From positions 608,001 to 672,000 of the forward strand of contig OY760686.1 in assembly GCA_963663865.1 (NCBI GenBank): a DNA stretch of 64,000 nt, read 5' to 3'. The DNA is from Spirochaetota bacterium. Lineage in GTDB: Bacteria; Spirochaetota; UBA4802; UBA5550. The notes under the pieces were generated by a model. The model saw nothing but the letters and a program-made list of their open reading frames with translations. It was not told the origin of the DNA and searched no databases. The translations under genes were made by a program, and so were the position numbers. Shown piece by piece: positions 1-8,932 of the stretch (position 1 is its first letter; the number at the start of each line of letters is the position of its first letter).

Positions 1-1782
1 ATTCGTAAGGTTATAATAGTAACTCAAAAGACCATCAGGATCACCTGTCTCGTCATTAATCCTTTCTGGAGCATCTACTGTAATAACGGTGTAGTCTGAA
101 TAGTGAGCTCTTGCCTCTTCGATTGTTGGATAAGCCCCTTCAGTTAATCCCATATCACTCCAACTAAAACTGTTGATTACAGTAGAATAACCGGAAGCTA
201 ATTGATATTGATAATCAATTTCAATTGAGCTGTACCCGCTTACATAGTAGCTGTTTGAGCCAGCTTGTTTGTAGGGTATCCCTGCATCCATTGGTAAAAA
301 TGCTTTGTTATTTTTTACTGTATTTTTAAGTAATATAATTTGATTGAGAAGAGTATCTGTTGCTCTGGAAGAGTAATCAGAATTGTCTTCAATGCTTTCG
401 GCTGAAGAAGCATCAATTACACCATCATCATTAACTATATAGGGATTGTCGAAAAGCCCCAGATTAAACATAAGTGTTAGTATTTTTTCTGAAGAAGTAT
501 CAAGGCTTCCGCTCTCAAGTTCAGAAATTCCGTTAGAAAGGGTTGCAGCATCTTCAATTTTTACATTGTTTATTACATCACACCCGGCATTGATCATGGA
601 AATAGCTCTATCCAGAGTCGAAGCTTCGGTTACGTTTAACATGTTTGTTCGATAAAGTGCGTCAGTTTCTGAAAATACCAAACCACTGAAGTCATGTTCA
701 GCCAGCTTGGTTTTAAGTATATCACTGTTATATGATATCTCCGTTGCCTGAACGTCAGAGACACCCTCTGGAGCACCATAACCGGCCATAACACCGGAAA
801 CGCCTGATTCAATAGCTTTATCAACAGGTAAAAGATGGGTGTTAAAGTTGGTGGCGTTTCCGTAGGCTATAAGTCCGGAAGAGATTGATGCTTTGGCGTC
901 AATGCCATTCTTTTGGGGCCCCATTCCCGGAAAGTGTTTAATTACACTTGCGACGCCTTCGGAGTTAAGCTCTTCTTGTCCCTGCAAACCTTTAATAATG
1001 CCAGCTGTAATTTCTCCGACAGTTTCAGCATTTTCTCCAAAGCAATTTTTACTTCCATTCCATCGTGGTTCAGTCGCTATATCGGATTGTGGAGCAAAGG
1101 CTAAACGTACGCCGATAGACCTGTAACAGTCTTTAAGGTATGAGCCGAATTCAAAAGGTAATTCAGTGTCGCTAATCGAGCCAGCGGCAATTCCAGGTGC
1201 AGGAGCGAAGTCGATCATGCCTACGGCAGTCGTCGGATATGACGGGAGCATGTCTGAAGTTAATAGAATCGGAATGCCAAGTCTTGATGATTCAGCAATT
1301 TTTTGTAACTCATTTGCATAATTTGCTCTTGCTTTGATCTTGTAATTGTTGGCATTCGTAAAAAATAATCTTGCATTTTGGTTTGTGATTGCATCATTTT
1401 CTGTGCCAATCATAGCGCCAGTGCTGTCCCCGGGCCCTGGGAGGATAGTGTTGAATAACAAACCGGCTTTCTCTTTGTTGTTCATAAGACTTAGCAGGTT
1501 ATTTACTCTTTCCGAGGTCGTTTTGGACCAATCTTCATAAATGTCAACTTCTCCGTTGCCGTTTAAATCCTTATAATAAGTAATACAGCCATTTTCATCT
1601 TCTATTTGAATGATGTCTTTAATTCCTGCATCTGGAACAAGTGTTTGTGTAGACGGACAAACAGGATTGTCATCGTCATCATTTGGTATAGGCTCGCTGC
1701 TGGTATTATCACCACAGCCCGCGAATAAAATGGAAAACAATGTTCCGAGCGCTGCCAAAAAAATTTTTTTTGATGTTAACAT
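1..1782 (-). CDS. Glycoside hydrolase family 3-like lipoprotein (3' end outside window; active-site motifs degenerate)
   Basis: Not in ORF track because it runs off the edge. ATG at 1782 with AGGAG upstream. Lipobox (LFAGC), YKDLNGNGEVDIYEDW, SRLGIP, ATEPRW..FGE, KHFPG, AGCD motifs of GH3. Confidence 0.85.
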   Translation of the reverse strand, partial: MLTSKKIFLAALGTLFSILFAGCGDNTSSEPIPNDDDDNPVCPSTQTLVPDAGIKDIIQIEDENGCITYYKDLNGNGEVDIYEDWSKTTSERVNNLLSLMNNKEKAGLLFNTILPGPGDSTGAMIGTENDAITNQNARLFFTNANNYKIKARANYANELQKIAESSRLGIPILLTSDMLPSYPTTAVGMIDFAPAPGIAAGSISDTELPFEFGSYLKDCYRSIGVRLAFAPQSDIATEPRWNGSKNCFGENAETVGEITAGIIKGLQGQEELNSEGVASVIKHFPGMGPQKNGIDAKASISSGLIAYGNATNFNTHLLPVDKAIESGVSGVMAGYGAPEGVSDVQATEISYNSDILKTKLAEHDFSGLVFSETDALYRTNMLNVTEASTLDRAISMINAGCDVINNVKIEDAATLSNGISELESGSLDTSSEKILTLMFNLGLFDNPYIVNDDGVIDASSAESIEDNSDYSSRATDTLLNQIILLKNTVKNNKAFLPMDAGIPYKQAGSNSYYVSGYSSIEIDYQYQLASGYSTVINSFSWSDMGLTEGAYPTIEEARAHYSDYTVITVDAPERINDETGDPDGLLSYYYNLTN

Positions 1783-2359
1783 ACTTATATCTCCTATGGA
1801 ATTTCTTTTCATTTGAAATAAAACACTTTAATAAAAAGATTAAATGTTTAAGCAAGATATCTTAAACATGATTTTGGTTGGAACGTTTTGACGGCTAAGC
1901 TCCAAAAGGCGAGAGGAAATTACGTCTAAATCCATAAGCATCAGGAGGCATAACCACTTCCCGTAATAAAAATGTAATTGTATTTATACCTCCTAAATAT
2001 TAATTAATTCCATAATCCCAGTTTCACCGCAATACAGTAAGCCTTAATGCGGAGTGAATTGCTTGAGACTACATTTTTGGGGCGATTTCGAATGTAAGTT
2101 GTTTGGTAATGAACATCTGACATCAAAGCAAACCCGTCTTAATATCCTATTCTATAATTTTACATTATAATTATAAAAAGGTCGTCTCATGATGAAATAT
2201 GAGTCTTGTTTTTTTAATTTCATGCCTTAGATTTAATGAATTTAATAAATATTGAGATCAAAGGTCGTGTAGTAGAAAGGAGATAAGAATTAAAATAATT
2301 CAGTTGCTATTATTTGCATTTATCTGATGAATTGCAGATTATAAATAACTCGAGGTTAA

Positions 2360-3643
2360 GTGATGGCAGACTATTCAAAAATGTGGGAAGACCTTGGTCT
2401 TGATCTGGGTGCTCATGATTCATTGTTGTCAGTACTGGGCGGCGCTTATTCGGAAATATTCCTGTCTCAGAAGAACAGACCCGAAGGAATGAAGTATTTT
2501 GATTTTGTTATGAGTGAAGTTCATGGATTGCGTATTAAGGAGATTGTTGACGCTAAAAAACAGGGCAAGAAGGTGATTGGCTCTTATTGCGTATTTGTTC
2601 CGGAAGAGCTGATTCTTGCTGTTGACGGCGTTTCCGTCGGGCTCTGTGCGGGGGCCGAGTTTAATTTTGAAGGCGCAGAGACAATGCTTCCAAGAAATAC
2701 CTGCTCGCTTATAAAATCAGCATTTGGGTTCAAGCTCGGAAAAGTATGTCCATATCTCGAAGCAAGCGATGTCGTAGTGGGAGAGAACACATGCGACGGT
2801 AAAAAGAAATCGTATGAAATGCTGAAGCCTCTTCTTAAAGACCTGTATATTATGGATATGCCTCAGATGAAGTCTGAAAAAGGACGCGAGCTCCTGAAAA
2901 CAGAATATCTCAGGTTTATTGACAAGCTTGAAGAGGTCAGCGGTAATAAGGTGACAGCAGAATCCCTCAGAAAGGGTATTGAGATAGTAAACGCTAAAAG
3001 AAAGGCTGTCAACAGGCTTTCCAGATTGAGATCTGCTGATCCTGCGCCAATTTCCGGGCTTGATGCATTGCTGGTTAATCAGGTTTTCTTTTATGATGAT
3101 CCCGTAAGGTTTACGGCTTCTGTCAACAGTCTATGCGATGAACTTGAGGAGAGGGTGAAGAACAACATCGGAGTTTTCCCAAAAGGTACTGCGCGGGTTG
3201 TTATGTCCGGCTGCCCCATGGCTGTCCCGAACTGGAAGCTTCCTTCAATCGTTGAGTCAGGAGGCGCTGTTATAGTGGGTGAGGAATCATGTGTCGGAGA
3301 AAGGGGTGTTAGATGGCTTGCTGACACAAAAAGTGAATCCCTTAATGAAATGATTGATAGTCTTACGGAAAGATATTTCAACATTGACTGTGCCGTTTTT
3401 ACGCCAAACCCATCAAGAAGTGAATACCTGCAGGAGATGGGGGACAAACTCAACGCACAGGGGGCAATCCACTATAATCTTCAGTTCTGTCAGCCGTATA
3501 TTATGGAAAGCGCCATGATGGAGAAAAAAGTCGAGAGCTCAGGCCTGCCAATGCTCCGTCTCGAAACCGATTACAGCCAGGAAGATGTTGGTCAGTTGAA
3601 GACAAGGGTCGAGGCTTTCGTTGAGCGAATAAACGGCAAATGA
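2360..3643 (+). CDS. Double-cubane cluster protein (DCCP) / 2-hydroxyacyl-CoA dehydratase D-family
   Basis: YCVFVPEE, LCAG, PRNTC, CPY, TCDGKKK, EESC, DCA.FTPN, LQFCQPY, ETDYS..D.GQLKTRVEAF; resembles DCCP of Carboxydothermus as I recall it. Confidence 0.88.
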   Translation: MMADYSKMWEDLGLDLGAHDSLLSVLGGAYSEIFLSQKNRPEGMKYFDFVMSEVHGLRIKEIVDAKKQGKKVIGSYCVFVPEELILAVDGVSVGLCAGAEFNFEGAETMLPRNTCSLIKSAFGFKLGKVCPYLEASDVVVGENTCDGKKKSYEMLKPLLKDLYIMDMPQMKSEKGRELLKTEYLRFIDKLEEVSGNKVTAESLRKGIEIVNAKRKAVNRLSRLRSADPAPISGLDALLVNQVFFYDDPVRFTASVNSLCDELEERVKNNIGVFPKGTARVVMSGCPMAVPNWKLPSIVESGGAVIVGEESCVGERGVRWLADTKSESLNEMIDSLTERYFNIDCAVFTPNPSRSEYLQEMGDKLNAQGAIHYNLQFCQPYIMESAMMEKKVESSGLPMLRLETDYSQEDVGQLKTRVEAFVERINGK

Positions 3644-4395
3644 GATATGCCGGTATTGATTTAGGTTCGCGAACAGTCAAGCTTGCCATTCTGGAAGAAG
3701 GCAGGCTTGTCTTTTCCAGAAAAGCTGCTTCATCCTACAATCCTGTTGAGACAGTGATGGAGCTCATTAACGGGGCTAAATATGATGTTATAACAGCGAC
3801 CGGGTATGGAAGGCATCTTATCAAGGAGAAGCTGGGCTGCGGAGTTATCAGCGAGATATCCGCTTTTGCCCGGGGAGGTTCTTTTCTCGAAAGCAGATGC
3901 ACAGCTATTCTTGATATAGGCGGACAGGATACCAAGGCGATATCTCTTGATCATAATGGAGGCATGTCTCGGTTCGAAATGAACGATAAATGCGCTGCCG
4001 GGACAGGACGATTTCTCGAGGTCATGGCGGCATCTCTGGGTTATTCCTTTGATGAATTTGGTGAAGCGGCCCTTGAAGCAGAACATCCCGTCAAAATCAA
4101 CAGCATGTGCACTGTGTTCGCGGAATCAGAGGTTGTTTCCCTGATTTCGCGAGGTGTTCGGCGTGAGGATGTAGCTCTTGGTATTCACAGGGCAATCATT
4201 GGGCGTTCAGTAAGCCTGCTGAAGCGGGTTGCTTCGCCTGAGGGAGCTCTGCTTTTTGCTGGAGGTGTTGCTCTGAGCAAGACCATGAAGCAATTGCTGG
4301 AAAAAGAAACCGGAAGAGACGTAGTCGTCCCTGATGACCCGCAGATTGTGGGCGCAATAGGAGCGGCGTTGTCATGCAAGCCGTCTGAATTGTGA
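3640..4395 (+). CDS. ATP-dependent activase (ASKHA [4Fe-4S]; DCCP reductase/HgdC-like)
   Basis: GIDLGSRTVK, TGYGR, DIGGQDTK, MNDKCAAGTGRFLE, MCTVFAESE; overlaps upstream stop (ATGA). Confidence 0.93.
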   Translation: MRYAGIDLGSRTVKLAILEEGRLVFSRKAASSYNPVETVMELINGAKYDVITATGYGRHLIKEKLGCGVISEISAFARGGSFLESRCTAILDIGGQDTKAISLDHNGGMSRFEMNDKCAAGTGRFLEVMAASLGYSFDEFGEAALEAEHPVKINSMCTVFAESEVVSLISRGVRREDVALGIHRAIIGRSVSLLKRVASPEGALLFAGGVALSKTMKQLLEKETGRDVVVPDDPQIVGAIGAALSCKPSEL

Positions 4396-4400
4396 GGGAA

Positions 4401-4901
4401 TTATGCTTTGATGCCGGAAATGTCTTTCTTGAAAATCAGGGCGTCGTTCCCGTCGTTGTCCAGGCATCTTTCAAGGGTACTCCATCCAAGAGAGGAATAG
4501 AAGTTGGAAAGCATTGCGCTGTCCGGGCCTGAAACGAAGAGGAAAATGCGTGTGTGTCCGGATTCCCCGGCATACAATTCGGCAGTTTCAACCAGGCGTG
4601 TGCCAATCCCCATTCTTCTGAATTTAGGATGGACATAAAGCGATGCCAGCCATGGGTTAAGGTCCTTGCGGCTCCACAGATCGTTTGTTTTCAGAGAAAC
4701 CATTCCGGCAGGAATGCCCCTGTGCAGGGCCGCAAAGCTTAGTGGAATTACTCTGCTCATTGCCCTTGCCCGGTATGACTTGAGGTTCATATCAAACGAA
4801 ATGTCACGGTTAAGATACCACTCGGTATGTGACCAGTGTGCGAGTATTGGGGCCAGGTGAGGACAGGCGCTCAGAGGGAATATTTCGATTTCAGGTTGCA
4901 T
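4401..4901 (-). CDS. GNAT family N-acetyltransferase
   Basis: WLASLYVHPKFRRMGIG motif A; FYSSLGW. Confidence 0.88.
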   Translation of the reverse strand: MQPEIEIFPLSACPHLAPILAHWSHTEWYLNRDISFDMNLKSYRARAMSRVIPLSFAALHRGIPAGMVSLKTNDLWSRKDLNPWLASLYVHPKFRRMGIGTRLVETAELYAGESGHTRIFLFVSGPDSAMLSNFYSSLGWSTLERCLDNDGNDALIFKKDISGIKA

Positions 4902-5147
4902 ATTTAAACAGAGGTAATGTCTCTTGAATTATATAGTGTCAGATGGAAGTTCGCTAACATACTGTCGAAAAAATTCTGCAAAACAACTGATTTAACAGAA
5001 TATACCTTTTAGCTGAAAAGCTCCACAGGCTTATAACAGCTCAAAAAATCTGTGAAGGGTTAACTCAGAGATGCGTAAAACGAATCTTAGAAATTAACGG
5101 GTTTGTTGCCCCAAAAGATGGGGCCCCGTTTGAAGTCAGATCAGGCA

Positions 5148-5234
5148 TTAGCCTTTTTTTGATTCAGCTTTTTTTCTTTTAATGCGGCGTTTGGCTCTCT
5201 GCCTTTTAATTCTTGCGTTGTACTGCTTGCCCAC
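5148..5234 (-). CDS. Small highly basic protein (28 aa, MGKQYNARIKRQRAKRRIKRKKAESKKG)
   Basis: Below ORF-track cutoff. GGAGG 8 nt before GTG at 5234, TAA at 5148-5150, hairpin downstream (~5097-5130). Confidence 0.6.
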   Translation of the reverse strand: MGKQYNARIKRQRAKRRIKRKKAESKKG

Positions 5235-5396
5235 GTAGTAGACCTCCGGGTTGCGGTGTAATGTTTGTTTATAAGGCATATTGATGGTGCGGGTTTGTCA
5301 ACATTTTTTGCGAAAATACGCGTGATGTGCTGCAGTAACTGTTTAATTGTTGACAAAAAAACAGGCATGAAATAAATCTGTCAACTGTTCGGCGGT

Positions 5397-6305
5397 TTGA
5401 TATTGCTAAAAGATATTGAAAGAGCGTATGCAAAGGTAAATCTTCACCTGAGGGTTTTAAACCGAAGGAAAGACGGATATCACGACATATTCTCTCTCAT
5501 GGCTTTGATTGGACTGTGCGATCTTTTAAAATTGGAAAGGTTTGAGCTGCTGGACGCTGAAGAGTCCATTGTGACTGTGGAGTGTACCGGCGGGATCTGT
5601 TCGTCAGTTATAGAGGCTTTGCCCGATCAGGACAACCTGATTGTAAAAGCCGTAAAGCGTCTTCTTGAGTCTCGTGGCCTGAAAGCCAGGGCGCACTTCT
5701 CAATTGAGAAAAATATCCCCGCAGGAGCCGGATTAGGGGGCGGAAGCGCTGATGCTGCCGCCGCTTTAAGGATGATCGGCACGCGGTTAGGGATAAAGCC
5801 GGAAGAGCTTTTTGATACGGCCGCTGGCGTTGGCGCGGATGTGCCTTTCAGCCTTTTCGGAGGAGCGGCGCTTTGTGAAGGTGTTGGCGACCAAATGACT
5901 CGCGTAACCAACCGGCTTGAGTATTTTCTGGTTGTAGCCAACTGCGGAGTGCATGTAGATACTGGATGGGCGTATAAAGAGCTTTCGCGTGGGACTGTGC
6001 CGCTTAAATCGGGCATTGAAATCCTTAAGGAAAAAGCCCTGATAGAGCAGGCGGTTGCTTCCAGTGATTTGAAGCTGCTGAAGCAGACACTGACAAATGA
6101 TTTCGAATATGCAGTGTTCAGCGCTTATCCGGAAGTGAAAGAACTGAAAAACAGACTTGACGAAGCTGGAGCGGACTTTAGTATAATGACAGGGTCCGGT
6201 TCAACAGTAATTGGCCTTTTCAAAGAACGTGTAACAGCGGAAGATGCGGTTTCTGTTTTTCCTCGTGAATGGTTCGCGTTTGTCACGGAATTTGTGAAAA
6301 CTTAA
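5397..6305 (+). CDS. ispE: 4-diphosphocytidyl-2-C-methyl-D-erythritol kinase
   Basis: AKVNLHL, DGYH, KNIPAGAGLGGGSADAA, GADVPF, NDFE, MTGSGS. Confidence 0.95.
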   Translation: MILLKDIERAYAKVNLHLRVLNRRKDGYHDIFSLMALIGLCDLLKLERFELLDAEESIVTVECTGGICSSVIEALPDQDNLIVKAVKRLLESRGLKARAHFSIEKNIPAGAGLGGGSADAAAALRMIGTRLGIKPEELFDTAAGVGADVPFSLFGGAALCEGVGDQMTRVTNRLEYFLVVANCGVHVDTGWAYKELSRGTVPLKSGIEILKEKALIEQAVASSDLKLLKQTLTNDFEYAVFSAYPEVKELKNRLDEAGADFSIMTGSGSTVIGLFKERVTAEDAVSVFPREWFAFVTEFVKT

Positions 6306-6332
6306 TGCCCTCTGCGGCAGTTAAGTATATAT

Positions 6333-6404
6333 TGAGGCGTAGCCAAGCGGTAAGGCACCGGGTTTTGGTCTCGGCATTCCAAGGTTCGAATCCTTGCGCC
6401 TCAG
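6333..6404 (+). tRNA. tRNA-Gln (TTG)
   Basis: Acceptor TGAGGCG/CGCCTCA, D arm GCC..GGC, anticodon loop TTTTGGT, T arm CAAGG-TTCGAAT-CCTTG; CCA not encoded. Confidence 0.96.
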
Positions 6405-6510
6405 ATCTCTCTTTCTTTCATATTAGCGCTGTGGTTCGGGGTTCATCATACTCCGTTGTTCAGCCTCTCGGAAAAGATCCATTGACCACAGAAAAAAAGA
6501 AGGTTAAGTA

Positions 6511-7452
6511 ATGCTTAATGGTACAATGAAGCTGTTTTCAGGTTCCTCAAACCCGGAATTAGCAAAAGATATAGCCAGATCAGTCGGAGTGGAACTCTCA
6601 AAGATTGATCTTAAGCGATTCAAGGACGGAGAAATCTCCGTTAAGCTTAAGGAGAACGTTCGCGGTCAGGATGTCTTTATCATCCAGTCAACGTGCAATC
6701 CGACGAACGACCATGTAATGGAGCTTCTCCTGATAATTGACGCGGCAATGAGGGCTTCTGCCGGCCGAATAACCGCGGTAATTCCTTATTTTGGTTATGC
6801 CAGGCAGGACAGAAAGGTAGAGCCCAGGGTGCCGATTTCCGCCAAGGTTATGGCGAATATTATACAGGTTACAGGTGCGGACAGGGTCCTTACGATGGAC
6901 CTTCACGCTGATCAGATACAGGGGTTCTTTGATATTCCCGTGGATAATCTTTTCGCCAGCCCAATAGCTCTCGACTACATAAAGTCGCTTAAGCTTGAAG
7001 ATATGGTGGTAGTTTCACCTGACTCGGGCGGAGTGGACAGGGCAAGATTTCTGGCAAGAAATCTCGACGCGGGGCTTGCAATTGTTGACAAGAGGCGTCC
7101 GGAAGCCAATGTAGCTGAGGTTATGCATGTAATTGGCGATGTAAATGGCAAGAACTGTATCATAGTTGATGACATGGTTGATACAGGCGGTTCAATATCC
7201 AAGGGATGTCTTGCGCTGAAGAAATTTGGCGCCAAAGATGTTTACTGTCTGTTCACTCATCCGGTGTTCTCCGGTGATGCCGCGGTGAAGATGCAGGAAG
7301 CCGGATTTAAAGAAATAATAACCACGAATACAATTCCTGTTCGTGATGAAAATCGAGTAGCATGCGTAACTACACTTTCGATAGCTCCACTTCTCGGAGA
7401 AGCTATCAGAAGGATTCACAAGGGTGAGTCAGTAAGTTCGCTTTTTGTATAG
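6511..7452 (+). CDS. prs: Ribose-phosphate pyrophosphokinase
   Basis: FKDGEI, PYFGYARQDRK, DLHADQIQGFFD, VSPDSGG, IVDDMVDTGG. Confidence 0.97.
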   Translation: MLNGTMKLFSGSSNPELAKDIARSVGVELSKIDLKRFKDGEISVKLKENVRGQDVFIIQSTCNPTNDHVMELLLIIDAAMRASAGRITAVIPYFGYARQDRKVEPRVPISAKVMANIIQVTGADRVLTMDLHADQIQGFFDIPVDNLFASPIALDYIKSLKLEDMVVVSPDSGGVDRARFLARNLDAGLAIVDKRRPEANVAEVMHVIGDVNGKNCIIVDDMVDTGGSISKGCLALKKFGAKDVYCLFTHPVFSGDAAVKMQEAGFKEIITTNTIPVRDENRVACVTTLSIAPLLGEAIRRIHKGESVSSLFV

Positions 7453-7490
7453 AAGAAAACCGAATAACGTTTAACAAATAGAGGTATATT

Positions 7491-8099
7491 ATGGGAGCTC
7501 AGGTTTTAACCGCAGAAAAAAGGACTGAAACAGGCAAGAACGCGGCGAGAAGGCTGCGCGGAAGGGGCTTTATTCCGGCGGTGCTCACAGCTCATGGAAA
7601 GACTGAATCTCTTCAGCTTGGAGAGAAAGATTTTTCCAAACTGTTTAAGGGTGGCATTTCAGAGAGTGTGATTTTTGAACTCAATATTGAGGGGGGGGAT
7701 AGTACTCTTGCATTTGTGAAGGACTTCCAGATAGACCCTGTTACTGACGGAATAGTCCATCTCGATCTTTATAAGATAACAAAAGGTGAGAAGATTCATA
7801 CAAGCTTGCCGCTTGAAATAACCGGAACTCCAAAAGGCGCTAAGCTGGGCGGACTCCTTGAGATTTATGAGAGACACATATCAGTTGAATGTCTGCCTAT
7901 GGATCTTCCGGAGAAATATGTTGTCGATGTTTCAGATCTTGGACTTGATGAAAACATCCATGCCAAGGATCTTAATCTCGGCGACAAAATAAAGCTTCTT
8001 TCAAGCCCGGACACGGTTATAGCAGTAATTCACCCGCCTAAGAAAGCAGAAGATGCTGATTCGTCTGAAGGCGGATCGGCTGATAATACCGGCGAGTAA
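7491..8099 (+). CDS. rplY: 50S ribosomal protein L25/Ctc
   Basis: GKNAARRLR..G.IPAV, HLD, long two-domain form; follows prs. Confidence 0.93.
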   Translation: MGAQVLTAEKRTETGKNAARRLRGRGFIPAVLTAHGKTESLQLGEKDFSKLFKGGISESVIFELNIEGGDSTLAFVKDFQIDPVTDGIVHLDLYKITKGEKIHTSLPLEITGTPKGAKLGGLLEIYERHISVECLPMDLPEKYVVDVSDLGLDENIHAKDLNLGDKIKLLSSPDTVIAVIHPPKKAEDADSSEGGSADNTGE

Positions 8100-8121
8100 C
8101 ATTTTTGAAAGTGTTAAGTCT

Positions 8122-8167
8122 AATAGAAGTAGATTTCCGGTGATGGGGGTCTACTTCTATTTTTTTT
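8122..8167 (+). terminator. Intrinsic terminator after rplY
   Basis: ATAGAAGTAGA...TCTACTTCTAT stem followed by a T-run. Confidence 0.8.
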
Positions 8168-8236
8168 GCTTAATGAAAAGACAGTAATGACTTTTCAGCA
8201 TCTGGGGCCGGAATATAGACAAAGGGAGGATCGCAA

Positions 8237-8866
8237 TTGAAGTTAATTGTAGGCTTTGGGAATCCCGGCGAGCGATATGCCAATAACAGGCAGAACATTG
8301 GTTTTAAAGTTATCGATATTGTCGGAAACAATGAGAACATTGATGTCAGAATAAAGAAGAAGAAATCCCTGATAGGCAGGGGAAAGATCCTCGGCCAGGA
8401 TGTAGTCCTCCTCAAACCGCAGACTTTTGTTAATCTTATTGGTGAATCGGTTCTGTACATAGCTTCTTTCCTCAGGATAAACGTTCGTGATATAATATGC
8501 ATAGTAGAAGACAGCTCTCTTGAACTGGGAGAGATGCGCGTTGATTACATGTATTCCAGTCTCGAACATGAAGGTGTAAAATCGATGGAAAGGGCTTTAA
8601 AGTCAGACAGGTTTGCGAAGATAAGGGTCGGTATATCCGAAAAACCTGACGGAATAACGATGGAGAACTATCTGCTGCAGGATTTTACACTTGAGGAAAA
8701 CCTTATTCTTATTGATGTCCTCAACAAAACTGAAGAGGTTGTCAGAATGCTTGTGAACAGTCCGATAGAGGAAGTCCAGGAGAAGTACAATCCGGAAGGA
8801 GCACCTAAAATCCGCAGACGGACTGTGAAGATGGTCCACATTGATCACAGGAAAACAAAAAAGTAA
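8237..8866 (+). CDS. pth: Peptidyl-tRNA hydrolase homologue with substituted catalytic residues
   Basis: MKLIVGFGNPG..Y...R.NIGF, LLKPQTF, IRVGI; usual prs-rplY-pth position. Confidence 0.85.
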   Translation: MKLIVGFGNPGERYANNRQNIGFKVIDIVGNNENIDVRIKKKKSLIGRGKILGQDVVLLKPQTFVNLIGESVLYIASFLRINVRDIICIVEDSSLELGEMRVDYMYSSLEHEGVKSMERALKSDRFAKIRVGISEKPDGITMENYLLQDFTLEENLILIDVLNKTEEVVRMLVNSPIEEVQEKYNPEGAPKIRRRTVKMVHIDHRKTKK

Positions 8867-8884
8867 ATGAGTGAACATGAATAA

Positions 8885-8918
8885 AAGAAAAGCCCTCCTT
8901 ATAAAGAGGGCTTTTCTT
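8885..8918. terminator. Bidirectional terminator between convergent genes
   Basis: AAGAAAAGCCCTC-loop-GAGGGCTTTTCTT perfect inverted repeat. Confidence 0.85.
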
Positions 8919-8932
8919 GCGAGAAAGAATTC

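Noticed and set aside
1880-2075. Possible riboswitch upstream of the GH3 gene (hairpin TTCACCGCA...TGCGGAGTGAA, GGGAAG)
   Set aside because: No complete cobalamin, c-di-GMP, c-di-AMP or fluoride consensus on either strand.
5141-5368. 75-aa ORF in the track
   Set aside because: No RBS or motif; the overlapping 28-aa frame has a clean RBS.
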